From: an uncultured Thermoleophilia bacterium
GTDB taxonomy: Bacteria > Actinomycetota > Thermoleophilia > UBA2241
Direction of reading: 5' to 3'
Assembly (NCBI GenBank): GCA_963791345.1
Contig: CAWBRS010000021.1
Location: 656,225 to 720,224, forward strand
DNA: 64,000 bases
This document shows positions 49,566 through 58,425 of this stretch, piece after piece. The number at the start of each line of letters is the position of its first letter. The stretch's first letter is position 1. The position numbers and the translations under genes were made by a program. The notes under the pieces were generated by a model. That model was not told the DNA's origin. It ran no database searches and saw nothing but the letters and a program-made list of their open reading frames with translations.

Positions 49566-49791
49566 GGTCCTCCCTCGTTCAGCTGACGCCCACCGCGTGA
49601 GGGTGGAGGCGCGGCCGCGGCCGCCGTCCGAGTGTACCGACGGCCCCGACGGGCGCGCAACACTCGCGCCCACGCGAGCGTGAGGAAGCGTCGTCGTCCA
49701 AGCGCTACCGGCGAGCGTGCGCGGCGGCCGGCGGGCACAGCCAGGCGGTCGTTGAGGCGAGCGTGCGCGGCGGGGCGGGCCCAGGCCCTCC

Positions 49792-50454
49792 TCAGCGGAA
49801 CTCGAGGACGTCGTCTACAGGGCGCCGCGGTCCGCGCCGCGGGCGTCCGGCCGGGCGCCCGACGGGCACGACGGCCACCAGGCAAGCGGGGGCTTCGACG
49901 CCGAGCAGCTCCTCGATCGCCGGGGCGGCGATCACCGGGCCGGTCATCCAGCAGCTCCCGTAGCCCATCGCGTGGGCCGCCGTGCAGAGGACCTGTACGG
50001 CGGCGCCGATGCTCTGCAGGTCGGGCCGCTGGCGCAGGCGGTCGTGCTCCTCCCGCGAGAGCCCGCGGAGTCGCAGCAGCTCATCGCCGCGTGACTCGTA
50101 GGGGAGAACGAAGACGGCGATGACCACGGGCGCGGCGACGAAGAAGGTCGCGTACGCCCTGATCGCCTTGACGTCGGCGGCGCGGCCCGCGCACTCCGGC
50201 CAGGCCGCGACCTCGTCGAGCGCCGCGTCGACGGCCGTCGCCATGGCACGGCGGGTGGCCTCGTCCTCGACGGCCACGAAGCGCCAGCACTGAGCGTTTC
50301 CCGCGTTCGCGGCCCGCGTCGCGCAGGCCACCATGGCGCGGACGTCGTCGCGCGGTACCGCGTCGGGCAGGAAGCGCCGCACGCTGCAGCGCCCCTCGAC
50401 CGCAGCGGAGAGGCTGACCCCCTCGAGCAAGTGCCCACAGGCCGTCTCGTCCAT
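49792..50454 (-). CDS. Nitroreductase family protein
   Basis: 220-aa ORF ..RCSVRRFLPDAVPRDDVRAMVACATRAANAGNAQCWRFVAV..GYGSCWMTG.. The ATG lies 7 nt after a TAGCAT hexamer, so a leaderless mRNA is possible. Confidence 0.85.
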   Translation of the reverse strand: MDETACGHLLEGVSLSAAVEGRCSVRRFLPDAVPRDDVRAMVACATRAANAGNAQCWRFVAVEDEATRRAMATAVDAALDEVAAWPECAGRAADVKAIRAYATFFVAAPVVIAVFVLPYESRGDELLRLRGLSREEHDRLRQRPDLQSIGAAVQVLCTAAHAMGYGSCWMTGPVIAAPAIEELLGVEAPACLVAVVPVGRPAGRPRRGPRRPVDDVLEFR

Positions 50455-50494
50455 GCCGGGGATGCTACCAGAGTAGTCAACGGACGCGGCGGAG

Positions 50495-50565
50495 CCCCGA
50501 GATCACGACGGGGCCTGCGACCCCGAGACCGCGACGGGGCTACCGGTTCCGAGGGCGCGACGGGG
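50495..50565. repeat. Three direct repeats, period 26 nt (ccccgagaYcRcgacgggg), upstream of the nitroreductase gene
   Basis: ccccgagatcacgacgggg at 50495, ccccgagaccgcgacgggg at 50521, ttccgagggcgcgacgggg at 50547. Each has ccccg/cgggg inverted ends. Confidence 0.8.
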
Positions 50566-50594
50566 CGGGCGGCCCGGTGGGCCGCCCGCCCCGT
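50558..50594 (-). terminator. Perfect 17-bp hairpin downstream of the MoaD-like gene
   Basis: gacggggcgggcggccc ggt gggccgcccgccccgtc, 25 nt after the stop at 50620. Confidence 0.5.
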
Positions 50595-50619
50595 CGTCCC
50601 TCGCTTCGCGCCGACCGCC

Positions 50620-50889
50620 TCAGCCGCCGGAGATCGGCGGCACGACCTTCATCGTGTCGCCGTCCTCGAGCACCGTAGAGAGCCCCTCGCGGGCGTTGAT
50701 GTTGCGCCCGTTGAGGAACACGCCGGCCCACATGCGGCCGTCGTCGCGGAAGATCCGCGGCCTGAGCCGCGGCTCGACGGCGACGGCCTGCTCGAGGGCC
50801 TCACCGACGGTCGCCGCGTCACACTCGACCTCGCGGCGACCGTCGGCGGTCGTCATCCCGACCGGCAGCTTGACGCTGACCCCTGCCAT
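50620..50889 (-). CDS. MoaD/ThiS-family ubiquitin-like sulfur-carrier protein
   Basis: 89 aa from MAGVSVKLPVGMTTADGRREVECD.. to ..DTMKVVPPISGG (C-terminal Gly-Gly). C-terminal part of ORF 50620..51114. Confidence 0.8.
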   Translation of the reverse strand: MAGVSVKLPVGMTTADGRREVECDAATVGEALEQAVAVEPRLRPRIFRDDGRMWAGVFLNGRNINAREGLSTVLEDGDTMKVVPPISGG

Positions 50890-50893
50890 GCGC

Positions 50894-51392
50894 CTAGCCC
50901 TGCAGCTCCCGGTCCATCTTGTCGACCTTGAGGTCGACGGCGAGGACGTGCGGGTTCTGGCAGAAGGCGATGCACTGGGGCTCGCCCTCGCAGAGGTCGC
51001 ACTTGAAGGCGACCTCCCTCTCGGGGTGCTCGTGGATGACCCCGGTCGGGCAGACCTCGTAGCACTCGCCGCAGTTCGTGCACTTCTCTTCGTCGACGAC
51101 GAGCACGTAGCCACGGACGAGCTCGCCGTTCTTCGCCTTCGAGGGGTAGTCGCCCTTGACCCGCAGCGTGATCTCGCGGGTCACGATGGCGTCCTTGGGG
51201 CAGGCGTCCTGGCACTTGGCGCAGGCGGTCTGCAGGCAGGTGTGGCCCTTGATCTGCCCCGTCGTCGGGTTGACCTCGACTGAAGAGGCGGGCGACCGAG
51301 GGCCGGTAGGCGCCCTCGTGCTGCGCCGAGCAGGCGAGCTCGCACATGTGGCAGCCGGTGCACTTCTTCGAGCTGATCATCACGTGAGGCAT
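50894..51392 (-). CDS. 4Fe-4S dicluster ferredoxin-type electron-transfer subunit, frame broken once (about 51280)
   Basis: MPHVMISSKKCTGCHMCELACS.. (ORF 50853..51392). After one extra base it continues VEVNPTTGQIKGHTCLQTACAKCQDACPKDAIV..EEKCTNCGECYEVCP..KCDLCEGEPQCIAFC (ORF 50894..51184). Confidence 0.8.
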
Positions 51393-51428
51393 GGTCTTCT
51401 GTCCCTTCGTCTCTCGTGGACCGGCCGG

Positions 51429-53244
51429 CTAGAGGCGCACGTCGATGCCGAGCTCGGAGAGCTTGGCCTCGGAGGGGACGCCGGAGGCGTCCCAGCCGCG
51501 CTGCGTGTAGTACTCGGCCATCATGGCGTTGAACCTGTCTTCGCCGATCGCCTGACCCGCCGACGGGCCGTCGGCGAAGGCGCCCGACTTCGCGTAGAGC
51601 TTCTTCGGCAGGTCGTCCTTCTCGACGCCCTCGCGCAGGTTGAACAGGCGGCCGAGGTTCCAGACGCGCTCGCCGATCTCGAGGACCTCGTCCTCGGTGA
51701 AGTCGCGGCCCCACAGCTCCTTGAAGAGGATCACGATCTGCTCAGGCGTGATCGCCCAGAAGTCGCACCAGATGCCGCTGAACTTGATCGAGCTCATGTT
51801 CTGCCCGATGAAGCCCTTGGAGGAGTCGCCGACGACGATCTGCTCGACCTTGTCGGGGTCGAGCTCGTTCGGCGGCGAGGTACCGGCGACGAGCTCGTCG
51901 CCGGTGGGATAGGTGCGCATGTGGCAGCCGCCGCGGTCGCTGGTCGCGTAGCCGACGCTCATGCCGAACGACCCGCGCGGGTCGTAGCCGGGGAGCTCGA
52001 GGCCCTTGACCTCCATGGCGAGCTCGGGATGGCCGTACTTGGCGGCCAGGGCACGCGTGCCGAGGGCGAGCTCGGCGCCGATGCCTTCACGCTGCGCGAT
52101 CAGCGTCGGCGCCGCGACGTAACCCTCGACCTCGCCGAAGCGCAGACCGAAGTCCTTGATGCCCTTCTCGGTCAGGTCCATGGCGAGGCCGACGACGGCG
52201 CCGCTCGAGATGGTGTCGAGGCCGAGCTCGTCGCAGAGCTCGTTGAACTTCATCAGGGCGTCGATGTCGTCGATGCCGCAGTTGGCGCCGCAGAGGGCGA
52301 TGGTCTCATACTCAGGACCCTCGCCGCGGACCTCCTCGCCGCTCGAAGGTCGTGGCGTGGAAGTTGCGGCAGCCGATCGCGCACTGGTAGCAGGCGCGCT
52401 TCTTGGTGCGGATCTTCTGGAACGACTCGGAGTTGATCTTCGCGGCGCCCTCGAAGGAGCCCGCCGACCAGTTGCGGGTCGGGAAGGCGCCGCCGCCATT
52501 GATGACGTCGACCAGCACCGGCGTGCCCTCTTCGTGCGCCCAGAGGTTGTCTTCGGTGAGGATGTACTCCTCGTGCATCTTGTAGATGAGGTCGAGGAAC
52601 GCCTTCGCGTCGCCCACGGGGACCGAGCCGGTGCCACGCACGACCACGGCCTTGAGGTTCTTGTCGCCCATGAGGGCGCCGTGACCGCCACGGCCGGCCT
52701 TGTGGTACTGGTCGGTCGAGATGCAGGCCCAGGGGATCTTCGCCTCGCCGGCGGGGCCGATGGAGAGCGTCTTGGCGTCGGGGTCGACGTCCTTGCGCAT
52801 GGCCTCCTCGACCGCGGAGGTCTTCATGCCCACGTACTTGTCGGCCGGGCGGAACTCGACGACGTCGTCCTTGATGACGACGACCGTCGGCTTCGCCGCC
52901 TTGCCCGTGATGATGACCGCGTCGTAGCCCGCGAACTTGAGCTCGGGCGCGAACGAGCCGCCGACGTAGCTGTCGGTGTAGATGCCGGTCGTCGGGCTCT
53001 TGCATCCGACCACGAGGCGCGACGCCGTGGTCACGCCGGTGCCCGCGAACGGCCCCGTCATCAGGATGATGGGGTTCTCGGGCGCCCACGGGTCGACCTT
53101 CGCCGGCACCTCCTGCCACATGTAGCGCAGCAGCAGACCCTTGCCGCCGATGTACTGCTCGGCCCACTCCATGTTCAGCGGCTCGACGGCCGTCGTGTCG
53201 GCGCTCAGGTCGACCCTGAGCACGTTGCCCTTGTAGAAGTCCAA
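51429..53244 (-). CDS. aor: Tungsten/molybdopterin aldehyde:ferredoxin oxidoreductase (AOR family), frame broken once (about 52341)
   Basis: N-terminus MDFYKGNVLRVDLSADTTAVEPLNMEWAEQYIGGKGLLLRYM.. up to ..ACYQCAIGCRNFHATTFE (ORF 52312..53244). Continues GEEVRGEGPEYETIALCGANCGIDD.. to ..ELGIDVRL (ORF 51429..52691). Total about 605 aa. TAG stop. Confidence 0.9.
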
Positions 53245-53316
53245 GGCGTCCTCCCGGGAGACTCGCTGACTCGTGCCCCGCGATGCTGCGTGGTTGACGG
53301 GGGATAGGCGACTGCC

Positions 53317-53346
53317 ATTCTAGCCAGTGGCCGGTGGCGGGAGCAA
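53317..53346 (-). promoter_or_regulatory. Candidate promoter of the AOR operon
   Basis: Minus strand reads TTGCTC - 18 nt - TAGAAT, about 70 nt upstream of the aor ATG and just downstream of the cupin-gene terminator hairpin. Confidence 0.35.
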
Positions 53347-53452
53347 CTGACGACGCGTGAGACCGGGCTCGGACGGGTGTCCGAAAAGGCCAGCAAACGG
53401 CGGGCGCTCCGCAAATGCGATACGGGCGTCGGAGCGGCCCGCTGGCGGCGCC

Positions 53453-53489
53453 GGTGGGGGGCGGAGGGCACCGCCCTCCGCCCCCCACC
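53453..53489 (-). terminator. Perfect 17-bp hairpin downstream of the cupin gene
   Basis: ggtggggggcggagggc acc gccctccgccccccacc, 7 nt after the stop at 53496. Confidence 0.5.
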
Positions 53490-53495
53490 GGGTGA

Positions 53496-53852
53496 CTAGT
53501 CCTCGTAGATCGCCCAGAGCTTGCGCACGGGCTTCAGGCTGCGCCAGAAGCCGCTGCTGCCCTTCGGCGTGTCGAGGATGTCGCCCGGGCCGGCGTGCAC
53601 CACGGTGCCGTCGTCGAGCTCGATCTCGACCTCGCCCTCGAGGATCAGCGCGACCTCGTGGTACGGACGCGTGAACGGCCGGCGCTGCAGGTCCCGCTGC
53701 CAGTAGCCGACGTGGAACTTGCCGTCGGGCGAGCCGGCGGCGGTGAACTCACCGCCCGGCGGGTCGGTCTCCTCGGGGTTGCGCGCGGCCTCGCTCCAGA
53801 CCACGTCGTCCGGACCGATGACCCTGATCTGCGGGCTGGTCTCGTCGCTCAT
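53496..53852 (-). CDS. Cupin-domain protein (cupin_3/DUF861-like)
   Basis: 118-aa ORF ..GYWQRDLQRRPFTRPYHEVALILEGEVEIELDDGTVVHAGPGDIL.. Confidence 0.7.
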   Translation of the reverse strand: MSDETSPQIRVIGPDDVVWSEAARNPEETDPPGGEFTAAGSPDGKFHVGYWQRDLQRRPFTRPYHEVALILEGEVEIELDDGTVVHAGPGDILDTPKGSSGFWRSLKPVRKLWAIYED

Positions 53853-53868
53853 GCTGCACCTCCGTGGT

Positions 53869-55143
53869 TCACAGGATGCCGAAACGCTCGGGCTTCAGCA
53901 GGGCCAGGTCGACGGACGGTTCCAGCCCGTCGGCGACTTCGGCCACCAGCTTGCCGGTCACGGGACCGTACATGATGCCGTTCATGTTGTGGCCCGTCGC
54001 CACCACGAGATTGTCGTAGGCTGCCGCTCGCCCGACGATCGGCAGCCCGTCGGGCGTCATCGGGCGCAGCCCGCGCCAGAGCGCGGTCGGCGCCGCCGTC
54101 TCGACCCCGGCGAAGTAGCGGCCTGCGCCGCGGCGGATGGCCCCGACGCGGTTCGTGAGCACGCGGTCGTTGATGCCCGAGAGCTCCAGCGTGCCGGCGA
54201 ACCGCAGACCGTCGCCGAACGGCGTCACGCAGGCGTGGCCCTCGGGCAGGTAGAGGGCGAGATCGGCCGGCACGCCCTCGGGGCGCGGCACGGTGACGCT
54301 GTAACCCTTCGCCGGCTGGAGGGGAAGCGACACGCCGAGGCCGCGCGCGAGCCGCCCGGACCAGACGCCTGCCGCGAGGACCACCGTCTCGGCCCGCAGC
54401 ATGCCGTGCGTCGTCATGACACCGGTGACGCAGCGGCCGGCGCGCGTGAAGCCGAGCGCTTCTGTCGCGGTCAGCACGGTCGCACCCAGGTCCTCCGCCG
54501 CACGGGCCAGCCCCCGGGTGAGCTTGAGCGGGTCGACGTGGCCGTCCTCGGCGGTGAAGACGCCACCGGTCACGTCGGGTAGCGCCGCCGGCACGCACGC
54601 GTGCACGGCCGCCGAATCCCAGACCTCGGCCTCGACCCCGAACGACTCCTTCATCGGGGCGGCGCCGGCCGCAGCCGCGTCGAGCGCCGCCTGGGTGAGG
54701 TACAGGCTGAGGATCCCGGTGTGCTTGTAGTCGGCGTCGACCACGCCCGACTCACAGACCTCCTCGAACGCCTTCAGCCCCTCGACGCCGAGGGCGCGCA
54801 GCACCGGCATCCCGCGCCGCATGCGGCTCTCGCGGGAGGCCGCGACGAACCCCAGCAGCCAGCGCGCGAGCGCCGGGCTGGGCCGCGGCCTGATGTACAG
54901 GGGGCTCGAGCTGTCGAGCAGCCATTTCACCCCTTGGCCGAGCACTCCCGGGGAGGGCAGTGGGTACGGGTCGCTCGGCATCACGAGACCGGCGTTGGCG
55001 TAGCTGCTGGCGCCCACTGGGCAGACCGCCTCGTCGCGCTCGATGAGCGTGACCTCCCTGCCGGCACGCGCCAGGTAGTAGGCGCACGAGGCGCCGATGA
55101 TGCCCCCGCCGATCACCAGGACATCGACTTCTCTCTCAGACAT
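53869..55143 (-). CDS. FAD-dependent oxidoreductase (DAO family: D-amino-acid / amine dehydrogenase-like)
   Basis: 424 aa from MSEREVDVLVIGGGIIGASCAYYLARAG.. in ORF 53869..56010. GGAGG lies 9 nt upstream of ATG 55143 (ATG 55149 is an alternative). ..VVATGHNMNGIMYGPVTG.. Confidence 0.85.
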   Translation of the reverse strand: MSEREVDVLVIGGGIIGASCAYYLARAGREVTLIERDEAVCPVGASSYANAGLVMPSDPYPLPSPGVLGQGVKWLLDSSSPLYIRPRPSPALARWLLGFVAASRESRMRRGMPVLRALGVEGLKAFEEVCESGVVDADYKHTGILSLYLTQAALDAAAAGAAPMKESFGVEAEVWDSAAVHACVPAALPDVTGGVFTAEDGHVDPLKLTRGLARAAEDLGATVLTATEALGFTRAGRCVTGVMTTHGMLRAETVVLAAGVWSGRLARGLGVSLPLQPAKGYSVTVPRPEGVPADLALYLPEGHACVTPFGDGLRFAGTLELSGINDRVLTNRVGAIRRGAGRYFAGVETAAPTALWRGLRPMTPDGLPIVGRAAAYDNLVVATGHNMNGIMYGPVTGKLVAEVADGLEPSVDLALLKPERFGIL

Positions 55144-55178
55144 GGGCATCCGCCTCCTTCTGCGCCGGACCGGCGTGC

Positions 55179-56282
55179 TCACGCGCCACAGTCGAGCACG
55201 GTCCGGATCGCGCGTCCGGCCATGAGGTCCTCGAAGGCCTGCTGCGCTTCGCCCAGCGGCCGGTGTCCGGTGATGAGCTCGTCGATCATCAGGCGGCCGC
55301 TCATGTAGAGGTCGACGAGCCGGGGGAAGTCGACGCTCGGCCGCATGCTGCCGTAGTTGGAGCCGATGATGCGCTGCTCGTAGCAGCTCAGGAGGAGCGC
55401 GTCGTAGGAGGGCCGCGTGCCGGCCTTGGGCTGGCCGACGACGACCACAGTGCCGCCGAAGGCGAGCATCGCCGCGGCCTGCTCGCAGGTGTCGGCGAGA
55501 CCGATGCACTCGAAGACGTAGTCGACCCCGCCGCCGCTGAGCTCGCGCACGGCGGCGACGGGGTCGTCGGTCGTCGAGTCGACGACGTCGGTGGCGCCGA
55601 AGGTGCGCGCCGCCTCGAGCTTCGCCGCGACGACGTCGACGGCGACGATCCGCGTCGCCGCCGAGAGCCGGGCCGCCTGGATCGCCGAGAGGCCGACGGC
55701 GCCGCAGCCGATGACCGCCACCGTCGATCCCCACTCCATCTTCGCCGTGTTGACGACGGCGCCGAAGCCGGTGGCCACGGCGCAGCCGACGATCGAGACC
55801 TTCTCGAGCGGGGCGTCGTCTCTGATCGTGATCGCCCCGGCGGCGGGGACCACCGCCTCCTCGGCGAACACCGCCGAGGAGAGGTAGTGGTAGACCGGTG
55901 AGCCGTCGGCGCGGGCGAGACGCGTGGTGCCGTCGAACATCATGTCGGTGCCCACGGCGTTCATCGCCGTCTCGCAGAGCTGGGGCTTGCCGGAGACGCA
56001 GAAGCGGCACTCGCGGCAGGAGGGCATCCAGGAGAGGATGACGTGGTCGCCGACGGCCGGCGATGAGACCCCGGGGCCGACCTCGGTGACGACACCGGCG
56101 CCCTCGTGACCGAGGACCAGCGGCGTCTTGTGGTGCCAGTCGCCCTTGAAGACGTGCAGGTCCGAGTGGCAGACGCCGGCGCCGACGAGCTTGACGCGGA
56201 CCTCGCCGGCCTTCGGCGCCGCCAGTGTCAGCTCCTCGACCTCGAGCGGCTGCCCGGGCCCGTTGAACACGACTGCGCGCAT
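55179..56282 (-). CDS. Zinc-dependent alcohol dehydrogenase (class III-like)
   Basis: MRAVVFNGPGQPLEVEEL..GVCHSDLH..GHEGAGVVTEVG..GCGAVGLSAIQAA. GGAGG lies 7 nt upstream of ATG 56282. The track ORF starts 6 codons earlier. Confidence 0.88.
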   Translation of the reverse strand: MRAVVFNGPGQPLEVEELTLAAPKAGEVRVKLVGAGVCHSDLHVFKGDWHHKTPLVLGHEGAGVVTEVGPGVSSPAVGDHVILSWMPSCRECRFCVSGKPQLCETAMNAVGTDMMFDGTTRLARADGSPVYHYLSSAVFAEEAVVPAAGAITIRDDAPLEKVSIVGCAVATGFGAVVNTAKMEWGSTVAVIGCGAVGLSAIQAARLSAATRIVAVDVVAAKLEAARTFGATDVVDSTTDDPVAAVRELSGGGVDYVFECIGLADTCEQAAAMLAFGGTVVVVGQPKAGTRPSYDALLLSCYEQRIIGSNYGSMRPSVDFPRLVDLYMSGRLMIDELITGHRPLGEAQQAFEDLMAGRAIRTVLDCGA

Positions 56283-56429
56283 CTCTCGGCCTCCGTTCAT
56301 CGTGCGGACCGTGGCGGCCGACTCATGACCACCCGGTCGGCCCGCGGGGGCGTGCGAGGAGAGGCCTGCGGCCCCCGGCTGCGCGCGGCCGCGCTCGCGC
56401 CGGGGCGGGCCCCTTCAGTCAGCCGGCCG

Positions 56430-57620
56430 TCACGCCGGCGTGACGACGTCCTCCGACGGCGTGGCGTCGGCCCCGTCATGCGACCCGCTGTCGGTCACGA
56501 CGACGCTGTGGCCGACGGCCCAGCTCACCGTCACCTCAGGACCGACGACGGCGTCGACGCCCTCAGTGCCCGCCTGCACCCGGACCACCGCCGTCGCCCC
56601 GCCGTCGAGATCCACGACGTACTTGCGGTCAGACCCCAGGTAGATGAGCTCGCGAAGGCGCCCGGACAGCCGCGCGACCGCCGCGTCGTCGGCGGCGGGC
56701 CCGTCGCCGGCTCCACCCTGCCGGATGCTCATGCGCTCCGGCCTGATGACGACGGCCGCACTGTCGCCCGAGGAGAGCCCGACCCTCTCGCCGGCGCGTG
56801 CCGGTACACGCACGGCAGGGCCTTCGGCACGCGCGATGCACGGGTACGGCTCCGACTGCAGCGTGCCGCGATAGATGTTCGAGTCGCCAACGAAGTCGGC
56901 GACGAAGCGTGAGACCGGCCGCTCGTAGAGGTCCTCGCCGCTGCCGATCTGCTCGATGCGGCCCTCGTTGTAGATCGCGATGCGGTCGCTCATCACCAGT
57001 GACTCCTCCTGGTCGTGCGTCACGTACACGACGGTCACGGCGAGCTGGCGGCTGATGCGGATGACCTCGAGCTGCAGCGCCTCGCGGAGCTTCTTGTCGA
57101 GGGCTCCCAGAGGCTCGTCCATGAGGAGCAGCTGGGGGTTGAAGCTGAACGATCGCGCCAGGGCGACGCGCTGCTGCTGGCCGCCGGAGAGCTGCTTCGG
57201 GTAGCGGTCCCCGAGCTGCTCGAGGCGCACGAGACGAAGGGCCTCGCGGACCCGCTCCTTCATCTGCGCCTTGGGAACACGCCTCATCGAGAGCGGGAAA
57301 CCGACGTTCTCGGCGGCCGTCATGTGCGGGAAGAGGGCGTAGTTCTGGAAGACCATGCCGATGTCGCGCTTGTAAGGCTGGACCTTCGTCAGGTCGCGGC
57401 CGTCGAGCACCACCGTGCCGACGTCGGGCTTGATGAACCCGCCGATGATACGCAGGGTCGTGGTCTTGCCCGAACCCGACGGGCCGAGCAGAGTGACGAA
57501 CTCACCGGGGGCGACGTCCAGCGAGACGTCGTCGACGGCCCGCAGGTCGCCGTAGAGCTTGGTCACGTCGTGCAGCGACAGGGCGCCCTTGGTCGGGGCG
57601 GTACGTTCTTCGTTCGACAT
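56430..57620 (-). CDS. ABC transporter ATP-binding protein (PotA/spermidine-putrescine-type)
   Basis: 396 aa from MSNEERTAP.. in ORF 56430..57818. GPSGSGKTT, LSGGQQQRVALAR, LLLMDEPLGALD, and a C-terminal TOBE-like domain. Confidence 0.88.
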   Translation of the reverse strand: MSNEERTAPTKGALSLHDVTKLYGDLRAVDDVSLDVAPGEFVTLLGPSGSGKTTTLRIIGGFIKPDVGTVVLDGRDLTKVQPYKRDIGMVFQNYALFPHMTAAENVGFPLSMRRVPKAQMKERVREALRLVRLEQLGDRYPKQLSGGQQQRVALARSFSFNPQLLLMDEPLGALDKKLREALQLEVIRISRQLAVTVVYVTHDQEESLVMSDRIAIYNEGRIEQIGSGEDLYERPVSRFVADFVGDSNIYRGTLQSEPYPCIARAEGPAVRVPARAGERVGLSSGDSAAVVIRPERMSIRQGGAGDGPAADDAAVARLSGRLRELIYLGSDRKYVVDLDGGATAVVRVQAGTEGVDAVVGPEVTVSWAVGHSVVVTDSGSHDGADATPSEDVVTPA

Positions 57621-57634
57621 CTGCGCCACGGATC

Positions 57635-58425
57635 TCACTTCCCTCGTTTGCCAAGGTTCCGAGCCAGCAGCGCACCGGCCAGGAGCACGATCGTCAACGC
57701 CGTCAGCATGCCCGCGAGGGCGGCGATCGTCGGATCGATCTGGCTGCGCACCACACTCCACATCACGACCGGCAGCGTCCGCACGAAGCGGACTGGACAA
57801 GAAGATCGAGACGACCACCTCGTCCCACGACTCGATGAAGGCGAAGAGCGCCCCCGCGATCGACGCCGGGCATGATCAGCGGGAGGGTGATCTTGAAGAA
57901 CGTCCGGAACGGGCCGGCACCCAGGTTCTGCGCCGCCATCTCCAGGTTGCGGTCCAGCGTCTGGAGACTCGCGGCCACGTTGACCACGACGAGGGGGATC
58001 CCCAGGGCGGCGTGGGCGACGACGAAGCCGAAGAGCGTGCCCTGGATGCGCCAGTCCACGAAGACCAGGTAGGTGCCCACGGCGACGATGACGATGGGCA
58101 CGATCATCGGGCTCAGGATCAGCGCGGTCACGGCACTCTTGAAGGGGAAGCGCCCGCGCATGAGCCCGAGCGCGGTGAGCGTGCCGAGCACGGTGGCGGT
58201 AAGGGTCGCGAGGAGCGCGACCTGGGTGCTGGTCCAGAGGGCGTCCGTCCACTGCGGGCTCTCGAAGAAGTTGCGGTACCACTGCAGGCTCAAGTCGGGC
58301 GGCGGGAAGCGCAGCGAGCTGAGCGACGAGAACGACATGATGATGACGAGGACCGTGGGGAGGATGAGGAAGATGGCGATCAGCACGACCACGGAGATGA
58401 GCAGCGGGTGCGGTCGGCGATTCAT
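57635..58425 (-). CDS. ABC transporter permease (PotC-like), frame broken twice (about 57861 and 57788)
   Basis: MNRRPHPLLISVVVLIAIFLILP..AAQNLGAGPFRTFFKITLPLIMPGV (ORF 57763..58425). Continues IAGALFAFIESWDEVVVSIFLSSP (frame of ORF 56430..57818). Continues FVRTLPVVMWSVVRSQIDPTIAALAGML..KRGK (ORF 57635..58453). Confidence 0.8.
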
